Below, in pieces: positions 24,132-36,545 of a stretch of DNA of 64,000 nucleotides. Position 1 is the first letter of the stretch. Every line of letters begins with the position of its first letter. The notes under the pieces were generated by a model. That model was given only the letters and a program-made list of their open reading frames with translations. It was not told the origin of the DNA and searched no databases. The position numbers and the translations under genes are program-made. This stretch comes from Anolis carolinensis (lineage: Eukaryota), in the NCBI RefSeq assembly GCF_035594765.1, contig NC_085844.1, positions 31,077,923-31,141,922 of the forward strand, given 5' to 3'.

Positions 24132-24320
24132 TGAGGCCTCCCTTTCAGCCACGCCCACCCGCTCAGGGCCGTCTCGTTAAGGGTTGCGCCCCACTTTGGG
24201 ACTTCAACTCCCAGAAGGCTTAGCTGGTGTAGCCAATGGACGGTGATCCTGGGAGTTGAAGTCCGAAAAAAATCCCTAGAGGCAGTCCCTGAAACTCATG
24301 CCTACGGGAAGCCACGAGGA

Positions 24321-24838
24321 TTAGAAAGAACGGAGCTGGACCACTCTTAACAACCACTATGTCAGACTACACAGAGAAACCACTGAAATCCACAAGAGTG
24401 GGGGTAATTTCAACAGAAAGGAGGAAACCACGAAAATGAACAAAATCTGGCTACCAGTATTTAAAAAAACGCTAAAAGCAGAACAGTAGATAAAAAGCAA
24501 CACTAAAAAACAGGGGAATACCAGACCAGAAAAAAATCAGGGCCAGCTAACACCTCCCAACAAAGGATTCCCCCAGGCAGGAATCAGCCAGGACCTGAAG
24601 CTGCAAGGTTATTCAGTGCTAATCAAGGTGATTTAATTGCAACATCCACACTTCCACTAACAGACAAGAGTTCTTTCTCCCACCCTGGACCTTCCGCAGA
24701 TAAACCTCCCTTGCCTGGTTTCCAATATAGCTCACAATGTCAGAGATGCCTGCCATAGATGTGGGTGAAATGTCAGGAGAGAATGCTTGAACATGCTTGA
24801 AAATGGCCACGCAGCCTGGAAAACTCACAGCAACCCAT
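24321..24838 (+). mobile_element. Penelope-like fragment (duplicate)
   Basis: Copy of 10062-10579. Confidence 0.7.
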
Positions 24839-25612
24839 GGAAAAAGTTTGTGTAGCCTATTTTGCTATAGTTTTTCAATGAATATCTGCGTGATTATCAA
24901 GAAAAAAGTGCCAATCCACAGCAGAAATCATGGGATCAGAAAGGCATTTATTGGAAAGCAAAGCTCCCTTGGCATCACTGGGCAGATACCATGGCAAGCA
25001 CACCTTACTTGCTTAGACTGGCATTACAATCCTTTCAAAATCAATGTGAATTTAACAGGAATTTGAAAAAAGAACAGGAAATGACACCCACTCAAAGTAT
25101 GTTTATTTGTATTACAAAGGCTCTTACAAAGTTTCATTATCCAACATTAACTCCAATCAGGGCTCTGAACTAGAAAAAACGGTCTATGCCTTTCAGGCCC
25201 AGAGAAGAAAGGGGGGGGGGGGAGAAAAGAAATTGGCTGCTGCTAGGTGACATGTTTATGCAGGGAAAGGAGAAAGGAAAGCAAGAGGAAAGGACAGGAA
25301 AAGGAGAAGGGAGGAAAAAGGAAAGGAAGAGAAAGGAAAAGGGACAGGGTATGAGGGGAAGAAAAGAGAAAGAAAGGACAAAAGGAGGAAGAAAAATGGT
25401 GGGAAGGAAGAGAAAGGAAAGGAAAGGTATGAGGGAAAGGAAGAAAAAGAGGGGGAGAAAGGAGGGAAAGTAAGGGAAAGATAGAAAAGAGAGGGAGAAA
25501 TGTGCACCAGGGAAACGGGAGAAGGAAGACAAAAAGAAAATGTATAGTTCTATATATAAAAACAGCTCAAAAGTAAATACCTGGCTGAGCCATGGCTAGA
25601 GGTGGCCAAATA

Positions 25613-25935
25613 CAGTAGGGTCTGACTTATCCAAGCTAAACGGGCCGGCAGAAGCTTGGATAAGTGAATATCTTGGATTATAAGGACTGATCAAGGAAAC
25701 GCCTATTAAACATCAAATTAGGTGATGATTTTACAAATTAAGCACCAAAACATCATGTTAGACAACAAATTTGACAGAAAAAGTAGTTCAATACGCAGTA
25801 ATGTTCTGTTGTAATTACTGTATTTACGAATTTAGCACCAAAATATCACGATATATTGGAAACATTGACTACAAAAATGGCTTGGATTATCCAGAGGCTT
25901 GGATAAGCGAGGCTTGGATAAGTGAGACTCTACTG
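25613..25935. mobile_element. Tc1/mariner MITE (duplicate)
   Basis: Copy of 11355-11677; TA TSD. Confidence 0.85.
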
Positions 25936-26010
25936 TAGGTACAAATTTAAGTGCACAGCACAAGCGCGTTGCCAAGATCCTCCAAGCTGCTTCTAAAACA
26001 GCGAAGGAAT

Positions 26011-26778
26011 TGGGTTGCTGTGAGTTTTCCGGGCTGTATGGCCATGTTCCAGAAGCATACTTTCCTGACGTTTCACCCACATCTATGGCAGGCATCCTCA
26101 GAAGTTGTGAGGTCTGTTGGAAACTATGCAAGTGGATATATATATCTGTGGAATGTCCAGGGTGAGAGAAAGCACTCTTGTCTGTTGGAGGCAAGTGTGA
26201 ATGTTGCAATTGGCCACCTTGATAGTCTGGCAGCTTCAAAGCCTGGCTGCTTCCTGCCTGGGGGAATTCTTTGTTGGGAGGTGTTATAGTTGGCCCTGAT
26301 CGTTTCCTGTCTGGAATTCCCCCCCCCTTTTTTTTAGTGTTGTTAGTGTTGTTCTTTATTTACTATTCTAATTCTAGAGTTTTAAAATAGTGGTAGCCAG
26401 CTTTTGTTCATTTTCATGGTTTCCTCCTTTCTGTACCAGTATCCAAAAAAAAAAAAAAAACTCTAAAAGGAGAACAGTAAAGAAAAAGCAACACTCAAAA
26501 ACAGGGGAATACCAGACCAGAAACTATCAGGGCCAGCTAACACCTCCCAACAAAAGATTTCCCCAGGCAGGAATCAGCCAGGCCCTGAAGCTGAAAGATC
26601 ATTCAATGCTAATCAAGACGGTTAATTGCAACATTCACACTTTCTGCAAAGAGACAATAATTCTTTGTACTACTCTGGACATTCAACAAATAGGCTTCTG
26701 TCATAGATGTGGGCAAAACGTCAGAAGAGAATGCTTCTGGAACATGGCCATACAGCCCAGAAAACTCGTAACAGCCCA
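26011..26778. mobile_element. Penelope-like inverted pair (duplicate)
   Basis: Copy of 11753-12519. Confidence 0.75.
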
Positions 26779-26908
26779 AAATGTATCGTTCTATATATAA
26801 GAACAGCTGAAGAGTAAATTCCTGGCTGAGCCGTGGCTGCAGGCGGCCAAATAGTTACACATTAATGTGCAGAGCAATAAGAATAAAAAAGAGACAGTAA
26901 CAGGAAAG

Positions 26909-27659
26909 GTTTCGCAGGCGCGTTGCCAACATCCTCCGACCTGCTTCTAAAACAGCTAAGGAACTACCACCATCTTCCCGCCAAGCGAGGCCAATTTCTT
27001 TTTCAAGCATGCGCCCTTGCTACCTGCCGGAAGGAGAAAGTCGAACGGGGTCGATTGGCGACAGCTTCGACTTCCGCTAGTGTTCGCTTTTCGGCGCCTA
27101 CCGTAGAAGCCGCAGCTGCCTGAGTGCGCACGCGCAGTCTCGAGGAGGCGGCTGCCATTTTGTCCCTTCCTCAGGCGACGGCGGTTGCTGCTTTCCTTGG
27201 AAAGAAAAGAAACGGCGTCACCGGAGCTCAGTTGGCAGAGGGGAGAGGTTGCTGGGCTCGGTGGTGGTGGAGGTTGAGGTTGTATGACAGACACGTTGCG
27301 GTTTCCTTCCCCCTTTCCCTCCGAGGAAAGAACCGGAGCCGGGGTGCCCGGAGGGAGGGGCTCGCTCGTTGCCTTGACCCGCGTCGGCCTGGTTAGTAGA
27401 AAGGCGGTCCCGCGCGCGGGGTGGGCGGCTTCGGTGAAGGGACGGTCCCTGTGGAAAGGATTTAGGGCTCTTTGTGGACCACGAGCGGAACCTCAAAAAT
27501 CCAATGCGGTTCTAGGCCGCGTCAATGGGAGCCTGGTGCGTGGAGGAAGGGAAGCCCCAGGCCTGATCTGCCCTGCGTTGGCCAGGCCTCGCCCGGGAAA
27601 CCCTGTGTCCCGATCTGGGCGTGACGATTCAAGAAGGATATATTGACCAGCCGAGAAAG
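26909..27659 (+). promoter_or_regulatory. CpG-island promoter of RBM12B copy 3
   Basis: Copy of 12650-13400; NRF1 site at 27125-27136. Confidence 0.75.
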
Positions 27660-30321
27660 GTGGTCAAAATGAGCCCTGTGAGGAGTGGTTAAAAGAGCTG
27701 GGCCTTGGAGAAAAGAAGTCTGAGAAGGAGACATGAGAGCCACCTTTGTAGATTTCGAAGGAATATCTGCTCTGGAGACTAGGGCACGACACAGTGGATT
27801 CAAATGGTTAAAAAAAGGAGTTCCTCCTAAACATTAGGAAGAAATTCTTGATAGTAAGAGCTGCTCAAGAAAGCAATACAGTGCCTCGGAGCGTGGAGGC
27901 GTCTTCTTTGGTGGTTTTTATGCGGAGGATGGATGGGGGTGCTTTGCTGGCATGTTCCTGCAGGGCAGAAGGAGGTTGGACTGGATGGCCCTTGGAGGCT
28001 CTTCCAACTCCATGATTCTGTGTCCCTCCCAAATTGTGGGACCTTCCTTCTCCCTTGTCACGTTTCATTGGGTGCAATGGTGGCATCTGAGCTACTTTGA
28101 TGGCCCTCCAGGTTGGAGGGGGAAGGTTTGCTGATGGTATTTTATTTTTGCATCAAGGCATTCCTGTCAAGTCACAGAGTCTCTTCGCAGAAATCCTTGG
28201 TACATCCTCCAATGGTTGTGTATAAAATTATTTTCTCCTCAGGCCTCCAAATCACAGAACATTATATGCTCTCCCATGTGTACTCGGTTGGCCATATGGG
28301 AATCTCTCAAGAGTGTGCTGGATCATTCTGAAGTGGTTTTCTTAGGAGCATGTTGCTGGATTTGAGTGGAATATACAGAAACTACCAGAGAACAACACAG
28401 GACATAAAACACAGTGATGAGTCTTGTCTCCTGGAGGTTGCCTTGCCGCTTTCCTAGCCCATGTTTACTTGGAAAAGAAGTGGTCAGGCATAGTTGCTCA
28501 GGAAGCCATGGTTTCTCTACTTGGAGTGTAATCTGTGGAAGTCACTATGCCTGGATATCCCAGAGTTCTGCCATACTGTTTATTCCAGGTGGAAAATAGG
28601 ATTCTCTTTGCAACAAACCACATTTTGAAAAGATCAGAGGAAGTCCTGCTTGAGTAATGAGCAAAGTTCAATGATATGCCTGTCTTCACCTGTTATAACA
28701 GGAATCTCAATATTTGCCTCCTTTTCTTGAGATATAGGCAGGAATAAAAAGCTGGAAGAGTTTATTAGCCAGGAATATTTGTTTTGGGAATGTATCACTT
28801 CGGACTTTCAAATAACATGCATCATTTGGGTCAAGTTACACAGAGAACTACTTGTTTCAGCTCGCCCCCAAACCTTGTCAGAGGCTCTATCTCCAGTGAC
28901 CATTTTATATAGGTACAAATTGGTATTTTAAAAAAATGATTCCGCTTTGCAGATGATTCCATAGGAAATGCTGGGGTCAGTTTAAGTCCTGGATGTTTTG
29001 CACACTTGAGTTCAGTGATACAAGTGTGTAGGTTTAAGAGTGCGGCTTTAACAACGTATTTGATCTTTTAATACTTTTGACTTGCATATAAATTGGTAAC
29101 CTGTTTTTCGTCTTCAGAGATATTGAAAACTTAGCTTGCATGCATCTTGTGGATTTAACTGCATTGGAGACATCTGTAGAAAAAATTGGTATAACTTTAC
29201 AGTACATAGGCCTCACTAGTTTTATACTGAATTATACTTGTAGAAAATATCAATTGTAACTAATTTTGTTGCATTTGTTGTCATAAGCTTGTATAGTTTC
29301 ACAGTTGAGAAACTATAACAATGCTGTATTGAGTTTTTGAACAATGGATTATTAAGATAAATGGAAATGTTGCCGTTGATTTTTTTTTCTGCTATATAGA
29401 TTGGGTCTCTAGAAAACAAATGAATTAAAACACTTCAAATTTGGGAAGATTTTTTTTTTAAAGAAACCAGCCCGGACTGATTTTATATGATGTCTTTAGG
29501 TGGGTACAATAGGTGTGTTCCAGGTATTATCCAAAACCTGAATATTTGACGTCATAAGGCTAATAGTCTTTGGCTTTTTGGTCTTGTTCATCGATCACCA
29601 AATGACTTGGGTACTTGTAGTAATTGTCTTTTAATAGGGCATTGAAAGTGAAATATTTCCCTGCAAATATTAGAGAGATAATTTAGAAAATGTCTAGTGA
29701 ACTCAGTGGAACGTACTTCCAGATAAACTTGCATATGATTTGATGTTGTAAGATTATGTTTGATTCTGCTGGATTCATGGTGTGAAGACAATAATTTGAG
29801 AGGAAACTTGAGCGCATGTTATCAGTATAATTTCATCGGATTTCTGATTTGGGGATTTTTCTTGCAACATAACCATCTTTGCAAGGCACAATTCAGTGTT
29901 GATGAAAAATAAGCCACTATCTTCAGAAGAAAACGAATTAAAGAGGACTAGAAAAAATCTATATTTTTATATGAGACTTCATCTTTCAAGGATTTTGAGT
30001 GGTTCTTTGACTTTTCAACAATACTTGGATCTCTTGGAGAATAACCTGGAATTCTCATTACTTTCTGGAGTCATTCTAACATGAGAGTATTATGTCATCC
30101 AAAATGGATTCGTAAAACAAGATGCTGTACAACTGCGTTTCATTACCACTCATTTTTTGCATACATCTCTGGATTGGGAATGGATTCTCGCATAAAACCA
30201 CACATTTTTATTTCTCACTGGTTTTGTGTTACTGGTTGTGGTTGAGGATATTCCACAATAATGACAATCAGATGTAAAACTACTTCGTAGCAGTTAATTA
30301 TGTTTCATTTTCTTTCCACAG

Positions 30322-30362
30322 TTGATTTCACAGACTTTATCAGGCCTTTCAAGAAGAAACAG
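30322..30362 (+). other. Probable 5'UTR exon of RBM12B copy 3
   Basis: Copy of 16064-16104. Confidence 0.6.
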
Positions 30363-30933
30363 GTAAGCTTCTAGAAGCTTAATACTTCTGTTCTCTCAGG
30401 TCATGGCTTTTTCCAAACTTGTAGCAGAAAAAGGAAGAGGTATGGTTGGATCCTAATCAAAAGAAAAAATAAATAAAGGGGAAACGATGGATAAACTTAA
30501 CGATTTACTAGTTGTGTGTGATGTCTGAAAATCGAATTGGTTTCATTTTTGTTTGGAAGTGCTGAAACATCTTTTCTGGTTACAATGTTTTCTATGCTTT
30601 TGATATCAGAGTAGGGGTTATTTAATTTCTGGTGGATTATAACTTAATGTGAAAGCTACTGTATAGTCAGTCATAGTCAGAGCGACTAAAATTGTTGCTT
30701 TAATGATTGGGAGCACTTGTAGAATAGTCCAGTGCTGTATACTGAGATGTTAATTGTTAGCAGGTGTAGAGATGAAATAGGGCTCTCGTGGTTGCATATG
30801 AAGGAGTTACTTTTTCATTTTGAATACTTTCAAATAGTATGGCTTGAAACGACACTGTTCCAGTGTAATTAAGCTTGTTGTCATGTGTACGTTTTTGTCC
30901 ACAGGTCATTTTTTGCTGTGGGTTGAACTCAGA

Positions 30934-33126
30934 ATGGCTGTAGTCATCCGTTTACAGGGGCTTCCTGTTGTTGCGGGTCCTGCAGATATTCGCCATTTGT
31001 TCTCAGGATTGAATATTCCTGATGGAGGTGTATATATCACTGGAGGAGAAAAAGGAGAAGCTTTTGTTATATTTGAAACAGATGAAGATGCACGGCAAGC
31101 AATGAGTTATTCTGAGAGGTATATAAAAAACTCACGTATTGGGTGTTTTCTCAGCAGCAAAACAGAAATGCAGAACGTGATAGAACTCAATAGGAAAAGA
31201 TTTGATCACAGTGGAAGAGAAACAATTGGATCTAGATGGATAGATTCTAGTAACTCTAGTAGCTTTTCGAATATAGTTGCATCCATGAGTAAAGGAACTG
31301 GCAGATCTGGTTATGATTCTGTGGATCCGTTTGAGGATAGGCTTCATTCAAATGGCTCTGAAAACAGCAGTACAGATCTTTCGAAATTAAGTTATAATCA
31401 TCCTAGGAGTAATTTAAATAAGATAACACATAATCAATTCAAGACATCTAATTCAGATGAATTGTACTTATTCATACGTAGTATGCCTTACACTGCAACA
31501 GAAGATGACATAATTGCTTTCTTTGATGGTTTACAAGTGGATGGTATGATCATGTTAAAAACCAATGGGGTAAACAATGGAGATGGTCTGGTGAAATTTG
31601 CTACACCGACTGATTGCACGAGAGGGTTGCAGCGTGATAGACAGTATATGCGCCACAGATTTATAAGAATATATCGCTCTAATGAAGAGACATGGATTAA
31701 GAGCATGGGGAAAAAAGGATTACAAATGCATCAGGATTTCAGTGATGAACAGTTTTCTCATGATTTCAATAAAGAAAGACGCCCAGACTTCCAATCCTCA
31801 AGAATGCATACCCGTTCAAAGTCTCCTCCAAGGAGGGTTGTGGCACATACCCATTCAAGATCTCCTCCTAAGAGGATTGCGGCACGTACCGTTTCGAGGT
31901 CTCCCCCAAGAAGTGTTATGACACACAGCCATTCAAGGTCTATATCAAGGAGGGCTGTGGCACGCACTCATTCAAGGTCTCCACCAAGGAGGATTACAGC
32001 ACGCTCTCGTTCACCGTTATCTGGTTCAAGCCGGTCTCCACCTCATAATGGGGAACATTATATACATGTCAAAAAATTGCCATTTCCTATTGAAAAGAGA
32101 GAATTGAGAGCATTCTTTGAAGACCTAGATATACCTGACAATCATATTACATTCCTTAAGATACCTGACAATAGACCAAACAAAGATGCAGTTGTGATGT
32201 TCAGATCAATGAGAGACTATTATTCTGCACTAGGTTATCACAAGTACCCTCTTCGTGGGCAAGAAATTTTACTTTTCCCCATTTCTAAAGAAGCAGTGAT
32301 GCAGCTTGCTGGATTTTCTGAAAATGAAAAATCCCCAGAAAGATATCACATTGCAAATGAGAAAGGTGACTGGGATAGATATTCTGATCCAAAGACATGT
32401 GTGTATGTAAGAAACTTTCCATATGATGTGACAAAACGTGAAGTCCGCACATTTTTTGCAGGATTTAATATTAGCAATTATGACATTCATTTGCTTTACG
32501 ATGACAAAGGAATTGGACTGGGAGAAACACTGGTCAAGTTCAGAACTGAAGATGATGCCCGGAAAGCTGAAAGCTTAAATCGCCGTCGGTTTTTGGGGAC
32601 AGAGGTGCTTTTGAGATGTATATCTGAGAAGCAAATGAAAGAGTTTGGTGTTAATGTTCCACCAGTGTCAGATGGAAAGATGCAGGATCATATCCGTTCA
32701 TATGAAAGAGGTCAACAAGGGAACCGAAAGCATCCATCTGATTATAGACATCCACCTAGTGATCTTATCAGCACATCTGATAATTTTAAAGATTCTGCTC
32801 CATTTACAGAGTTTGGTGAAGGTGCTCGTGGAAATTTTCCAGGTGGACGCTTCATGTCAGATTCTAATGTCAGTGGTAGTTCAAATTGCTTCACTCTGAT
32901 TAAATTAAAGAATATACCATTTCGAGCAACACCAAATGAAATTCTGGACTTTTTTCATGGGTATAAGATTATTCCAGAATCTCTTTCAATCCAGCACAAC
33001 CAATATGGACTGCCTTCTGGTGAAGCTGTTATCGCCCTAGTAAATTATAATGAAGCCATGGCAGTTGTTAATGAATTAAATGATAGGCCAATCGGCCAAC
33101 GCAAAATTAGATTAACTTTGGTATAG
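30934..33126 (+). CDS. RBM12B: RBM12B copy 3, 730 aa
   Basis: MAVVIRLQGLP start; acceptor at 30904/30905; intact ORF. Confidence 0.95.
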   Translation: MAVVIRLQGLPVVAGPADIRHLFSGLNIPDGGVYITGGEKGEAFVIFETDEDARQAMSYSERYIKNSRIGCFLSSKTEMQNVIELNRKRFDHSGRETIGSRWIDSSNSSSFSNIVASMSKGTGRSGYDSVDPFEDRLHSNGSENSSTDLSKLSYNHPRSNLNKITHNQFKTSNSDELYLFIRSMPYTATEDDIIAFFDGLQVDGMIMLKTNGVNNGDGLVKFATPTDCTRGLQRDRQYMRHRFIRIYRSNEETWIKSMGKKGLQMHQDFSDEQFSHDFNKERRPDFQSSRMHTRSKSPPRRVVAHTHSRSPPKRIAARTVSRSPPRSVMTHSHSRSISRRAVARTHSRSPPRRITARSRSPLSGSSRSPPHNGEHYIHVKKLPFPIEKRELRAFFEDLDIPDNHITFLKIPDNRPNKDAVVMFRSMRDYYSALGYHKYPLRGQEILLFPISKEAVMQLAGFSENEKSPERYHIANEKGDWDRYSDPKTCVYVRNFPYDVTKREVRTFFAGFNISNYDIHLLYDDKGIGLGETLVKFRTEDDARKAESLNRRRFLGTEVLLRCISEKQMKEFGVNVPPVSDGKMQDHIRSYERGQQGNRKHPSDYRHPPSDLISTSDNFKDSAPFTEFGEGARGNFPGGRFMSDSNVSGSSNCFTLIKLKNIPFRATPNEILDFFHGYKIIPESLSIQHNQYGLPSGEAVIALVNYNEAMAVVNELNDRPIGQRKIRLTLV

Positions 33127-34987
33127 ATAAAAAGATGGCTTGAAAATATTTGCATTGTTAATGTTGAGAAATGACATTTTCAAGTAGAAGTTTCTATTTG
33201 TAAATACTTTTGACTGGTTTTAAAATTTAGGCCACTATTGTGTGGGATTTTATTAGACACTACTGGATCACCTTGGTAGTTCATGAAAACATGACTCTGA
33301 AAGTATTTTGTTTTTTATCCCATAACCCCATGCAGATGTCTAATTTGTCTTTATTAATTCAATATAGCTGCACTTAGAGCTAGAAATTATGTTCTTCTGT
33401 GTATGTTAACAAGAAGACCCACCGTTTTTCTTGAATTCTTGTCCATTATTATGTTCCGTGGTATTTTGAGTATCTTTTTCATGCTGGTTCAGCATTTCTT
33501 TTAAAATAAAAATATATCTATTGAAAATTGTGCTTATTTTTATTTGGTACAGTCTGGACACTTAAGAACTTACCTTGCTTAATAATGTGTACCTTGCTTA
33601 ATAATGTGTTATTAAGATGTTATGTAATGTATGTGTGATTTTTATGATTGGAAACCGCCCTGAGTCCCGGGAGATAGGGCAGTATATAAATAAAGTTTTA
33701 TTATTATTTTACTATTATTAAGTTAGGGCTGCATTTTGACAATGAATATATCCCATTTTTACCTTTGTAGCACTTGCAGAATATACTTAATAGAGGAAAT
33801 ACAGTGTAAGATAACATAGGAGGATTTCTTTTGCATTGTGTAGCTCTTCTGTGCACTTCAAGCCCATAGAGTAGCGGATGACCTGAAACAGGTTTACAAA
33901 ATGTTGTTGCTTTGAGGAAAAAAAAATGAGTGCTTTTAAAAATCACGATGGAATAATAGTTCAGAACAGTTATAGGAAGGATTTATGGAGAAACAAGTAT
34001 AGGGAAGAATGATTTATTACTACATAGAAGCAGGCCTGTAGTGAGTATATAAATAAAGTTTTGTTATTATTTTATTATTATTAACTAGGGCTGCATTTTA
34101 ACAATGAATTTATCCCATGTTTACTTTTGTAGCACTTGTAGAATATACTCTTTGTATTGGTAAGCCTATCTGATTTTTAAGAAAAGCTTATCGAAATCTT
34201 CTTAGACTATCCTTTCCTGTCCAGCCTGTCTGTTCCAAGACATTACTTCAAAATGTATGTACCTTTTTACATAGGAAGATGAAAAAAATACTTATATATG
34301 GTGTAGCTTTTCAAAGGAGTTAGTTTTCTCAGTATATTTACAGTTTCAGATTTGTTAAGATGACTGGTTATGTAGGTTATTTTATAAGATATCCAAGCAT
34401 ATTTCTATGCCTTTATCTGTGGATATTCCAGAATTTGTGGAAGTAACGGGTTGTTGAATGTGTGCTTCTTAAATTACCTATTGTTTATTTATTTAATATT
34501 TACTATATTTATACCCTGCTCTTAATCCCAAAGGGAACTCAGTGCGGCTTACAGAGTATGGCAAAGTTCAGTGCCGCATTATACAACAAATATATCAAAT
34601 TATAAAACAATTAAAACATATAAATACAATAAAACAGATTGCTGACCTTGGGATGCTGAAATGTAGGCTGGTCTAAATGGAGTCCGGCAGCACCAAGCAG
34701 CCGGAGTGAGTGCCCAGAAGCTGAGTTAGGTGCAGCAAGGGAAACAAACGCTGCCCCTTCCCCCAAAGCCCCTGGTCATGGTACCTTCACTTCTTGCTTT
34801 TGTCTGAGACCCCGTGGGAGTGGTTCTTTTTATGCTCCAGTCTCTGGGCCCCAGCCTCTTGACTGCCACGATATAAAAATACAGTGAAATGGCAAGATAC
34901 TAATAACACTCCAGTGGAGTTTTTCATTTGGTTCAACAGTAGCAATCCACAAATTTGTATCCCTGTCACTTCAGTTATACTTTTAGG

Positions 34988-35661
34988 CAGGGGTCCTCAA
35001 ACTTTTGAAGCAGAGGGCCGGTCCACAATCCTTCAGACTGTTGTGGGTCTGAATTATCATTTGAAAAAAAAATACAAATTTCTATGCATACTGCACATGT
35101 CTTATTTGTAGTGAAACAACAACAACAACGAAAGAACAATACAATATTTAAAAATGAAAACAATTTTAACCAACATAAACCTATCAGGATTTCAATGGAA
35201 AGTGTTGGCCTGCTACTGGCCAATGAAATAGTCAAGTTAATTAAGATTGTTGTTGTTATGTGCCTTCAAGTCATTTCAGACTTTGGCCAGTCCCAAGTCT
35301 AAAATTAATTATTTATTTACTGCATTTATTTACTACATTTATATCCCAGCAGGTATATGTACATACAATATATTATATTATTAGCATAGCACAATATTAG
35401 CATTATATAATTCTATATTGAACTATATCACTATACTATTATATGTTATGTAATATATAACATATAATTAATATTATTATATGGTATTATTATTAGTCTT
35501 ATATTGTATAACATAGTATTATTATCAATATTATATGTATATACAATATTATATTATTAAAACTAATACAAAAATATTATATTGTAAAACTGAGGGCGGG
35601 GGCCAGGTAAAGACCTTGGAGGGCCGCATCTGGCCCCCGGGCCTTAGTTTGGGGACCCCTG
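34988..35661. mobile_element. Non-autonomous hAT element (same family as 4909-5593, opposite orientation)
   Basis: CAGGGGTCCTCAAACT...AGTTTGGGGACCCCTG; TSD CTTTTAGG; empty sites at 3947-3954 and 20341-20348. Confidence 0.9.
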
Positions 35662-35935
35662 CTTTTAGGTATTCAGCGTTACTGATGCAATTTTAAAACA
35701 ACAAAGCTGTGGGAAACTAAACTAGGATTTCTCTGCCTTACCCTTGTAAACTGTTTGAAAATCAGCCATGTGAAAGAAGAACCACTCCTTGATCTGATGC
35801 ATCTTGCTGTTAAATGACATCTTTTGTGAAATAGGCTCTTGTCTGCAAATGTTTATGTGAAAAATAAATGATTACTCTTTAGTTGCCACATGTTTTCATG
35901 GCCTTTTTTTGCAGCAGCAGGTTAACAGGACTGTC

Positions 35936-36265
35936 ATGGGGCCTCTGGTGGCACAGTGTGTTAAAGCGCTGAGCTGCTGAACTTGCGGACCAAAAGGTCC
36001 CAGGTTTAAATCCTGGGAGCGGAATGAGCGCCCGCTGTTAACCCCAGCTCCTGCCAACCTAGCAGTTCGAAAACATGCAAATGTGAGTAGATCAATAGGT
36101 ACCGCTCCAACGGGAAGGTAACGGCGTTCCATGCAGTCATGCTGGCCACATGACCTTGGAGGGGTCTATGGACAACGCCGGCTCTTCGGCTCAGAAATGG
36201 AGATGAGCACCAACCCCCAGAGTCGGTCACGACTGGACTTAACATCAGGGGAAACCTTTATCTTT
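35936..36265 (+). mobile_element. Sauria SINE (paralog of 4210-4537)
   Basis: Same insertion site and flanks. Confidence 0.9.
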
Positions 36266-36384
36266 ATTAGTACTGTTGCCTGCTTGCTCCTCAAAACTGC
36301 CCTTCAAAACCACTGCTCTTATATTGTTTCACTGATATAAATCTATTTTATGTGTATAATGTGTTTAAGAGATCTAAAGACCTT

Positions 36385-36545
36385 AAAGGCACCAATTCTC
36401 ATCTGATCATGGAAGCTATGCAGGGTCATCTGCAGTTCTTGGATTGGAGTCTGTTAACGAGTATCAAAGGAAGGAACTAAGAACACTACTTCTGAGTATT
36501 CCTTATCTTTACAAACTATGAAATTCATGCTATTGAAGGTGCATG
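36385..36545 (+). mobile_element. Degenerate 5S rRNA-derived SINE (5S-Sauria-like)
   Basis: CTCATCTGATCATGGAAGCTATGCAGGGTC...CTTGGATTGGAG resembles 5S CTCGTCTGATCTCGGAAGCTAAGCAGGGTC...CTTGGATGGGAG. Confidence 0.6.

Noticed and set aside
36385-36470. 5S rRNA gene
   Set aside because: Degenerate and followed by SINE-like body; treated as a SINE relic
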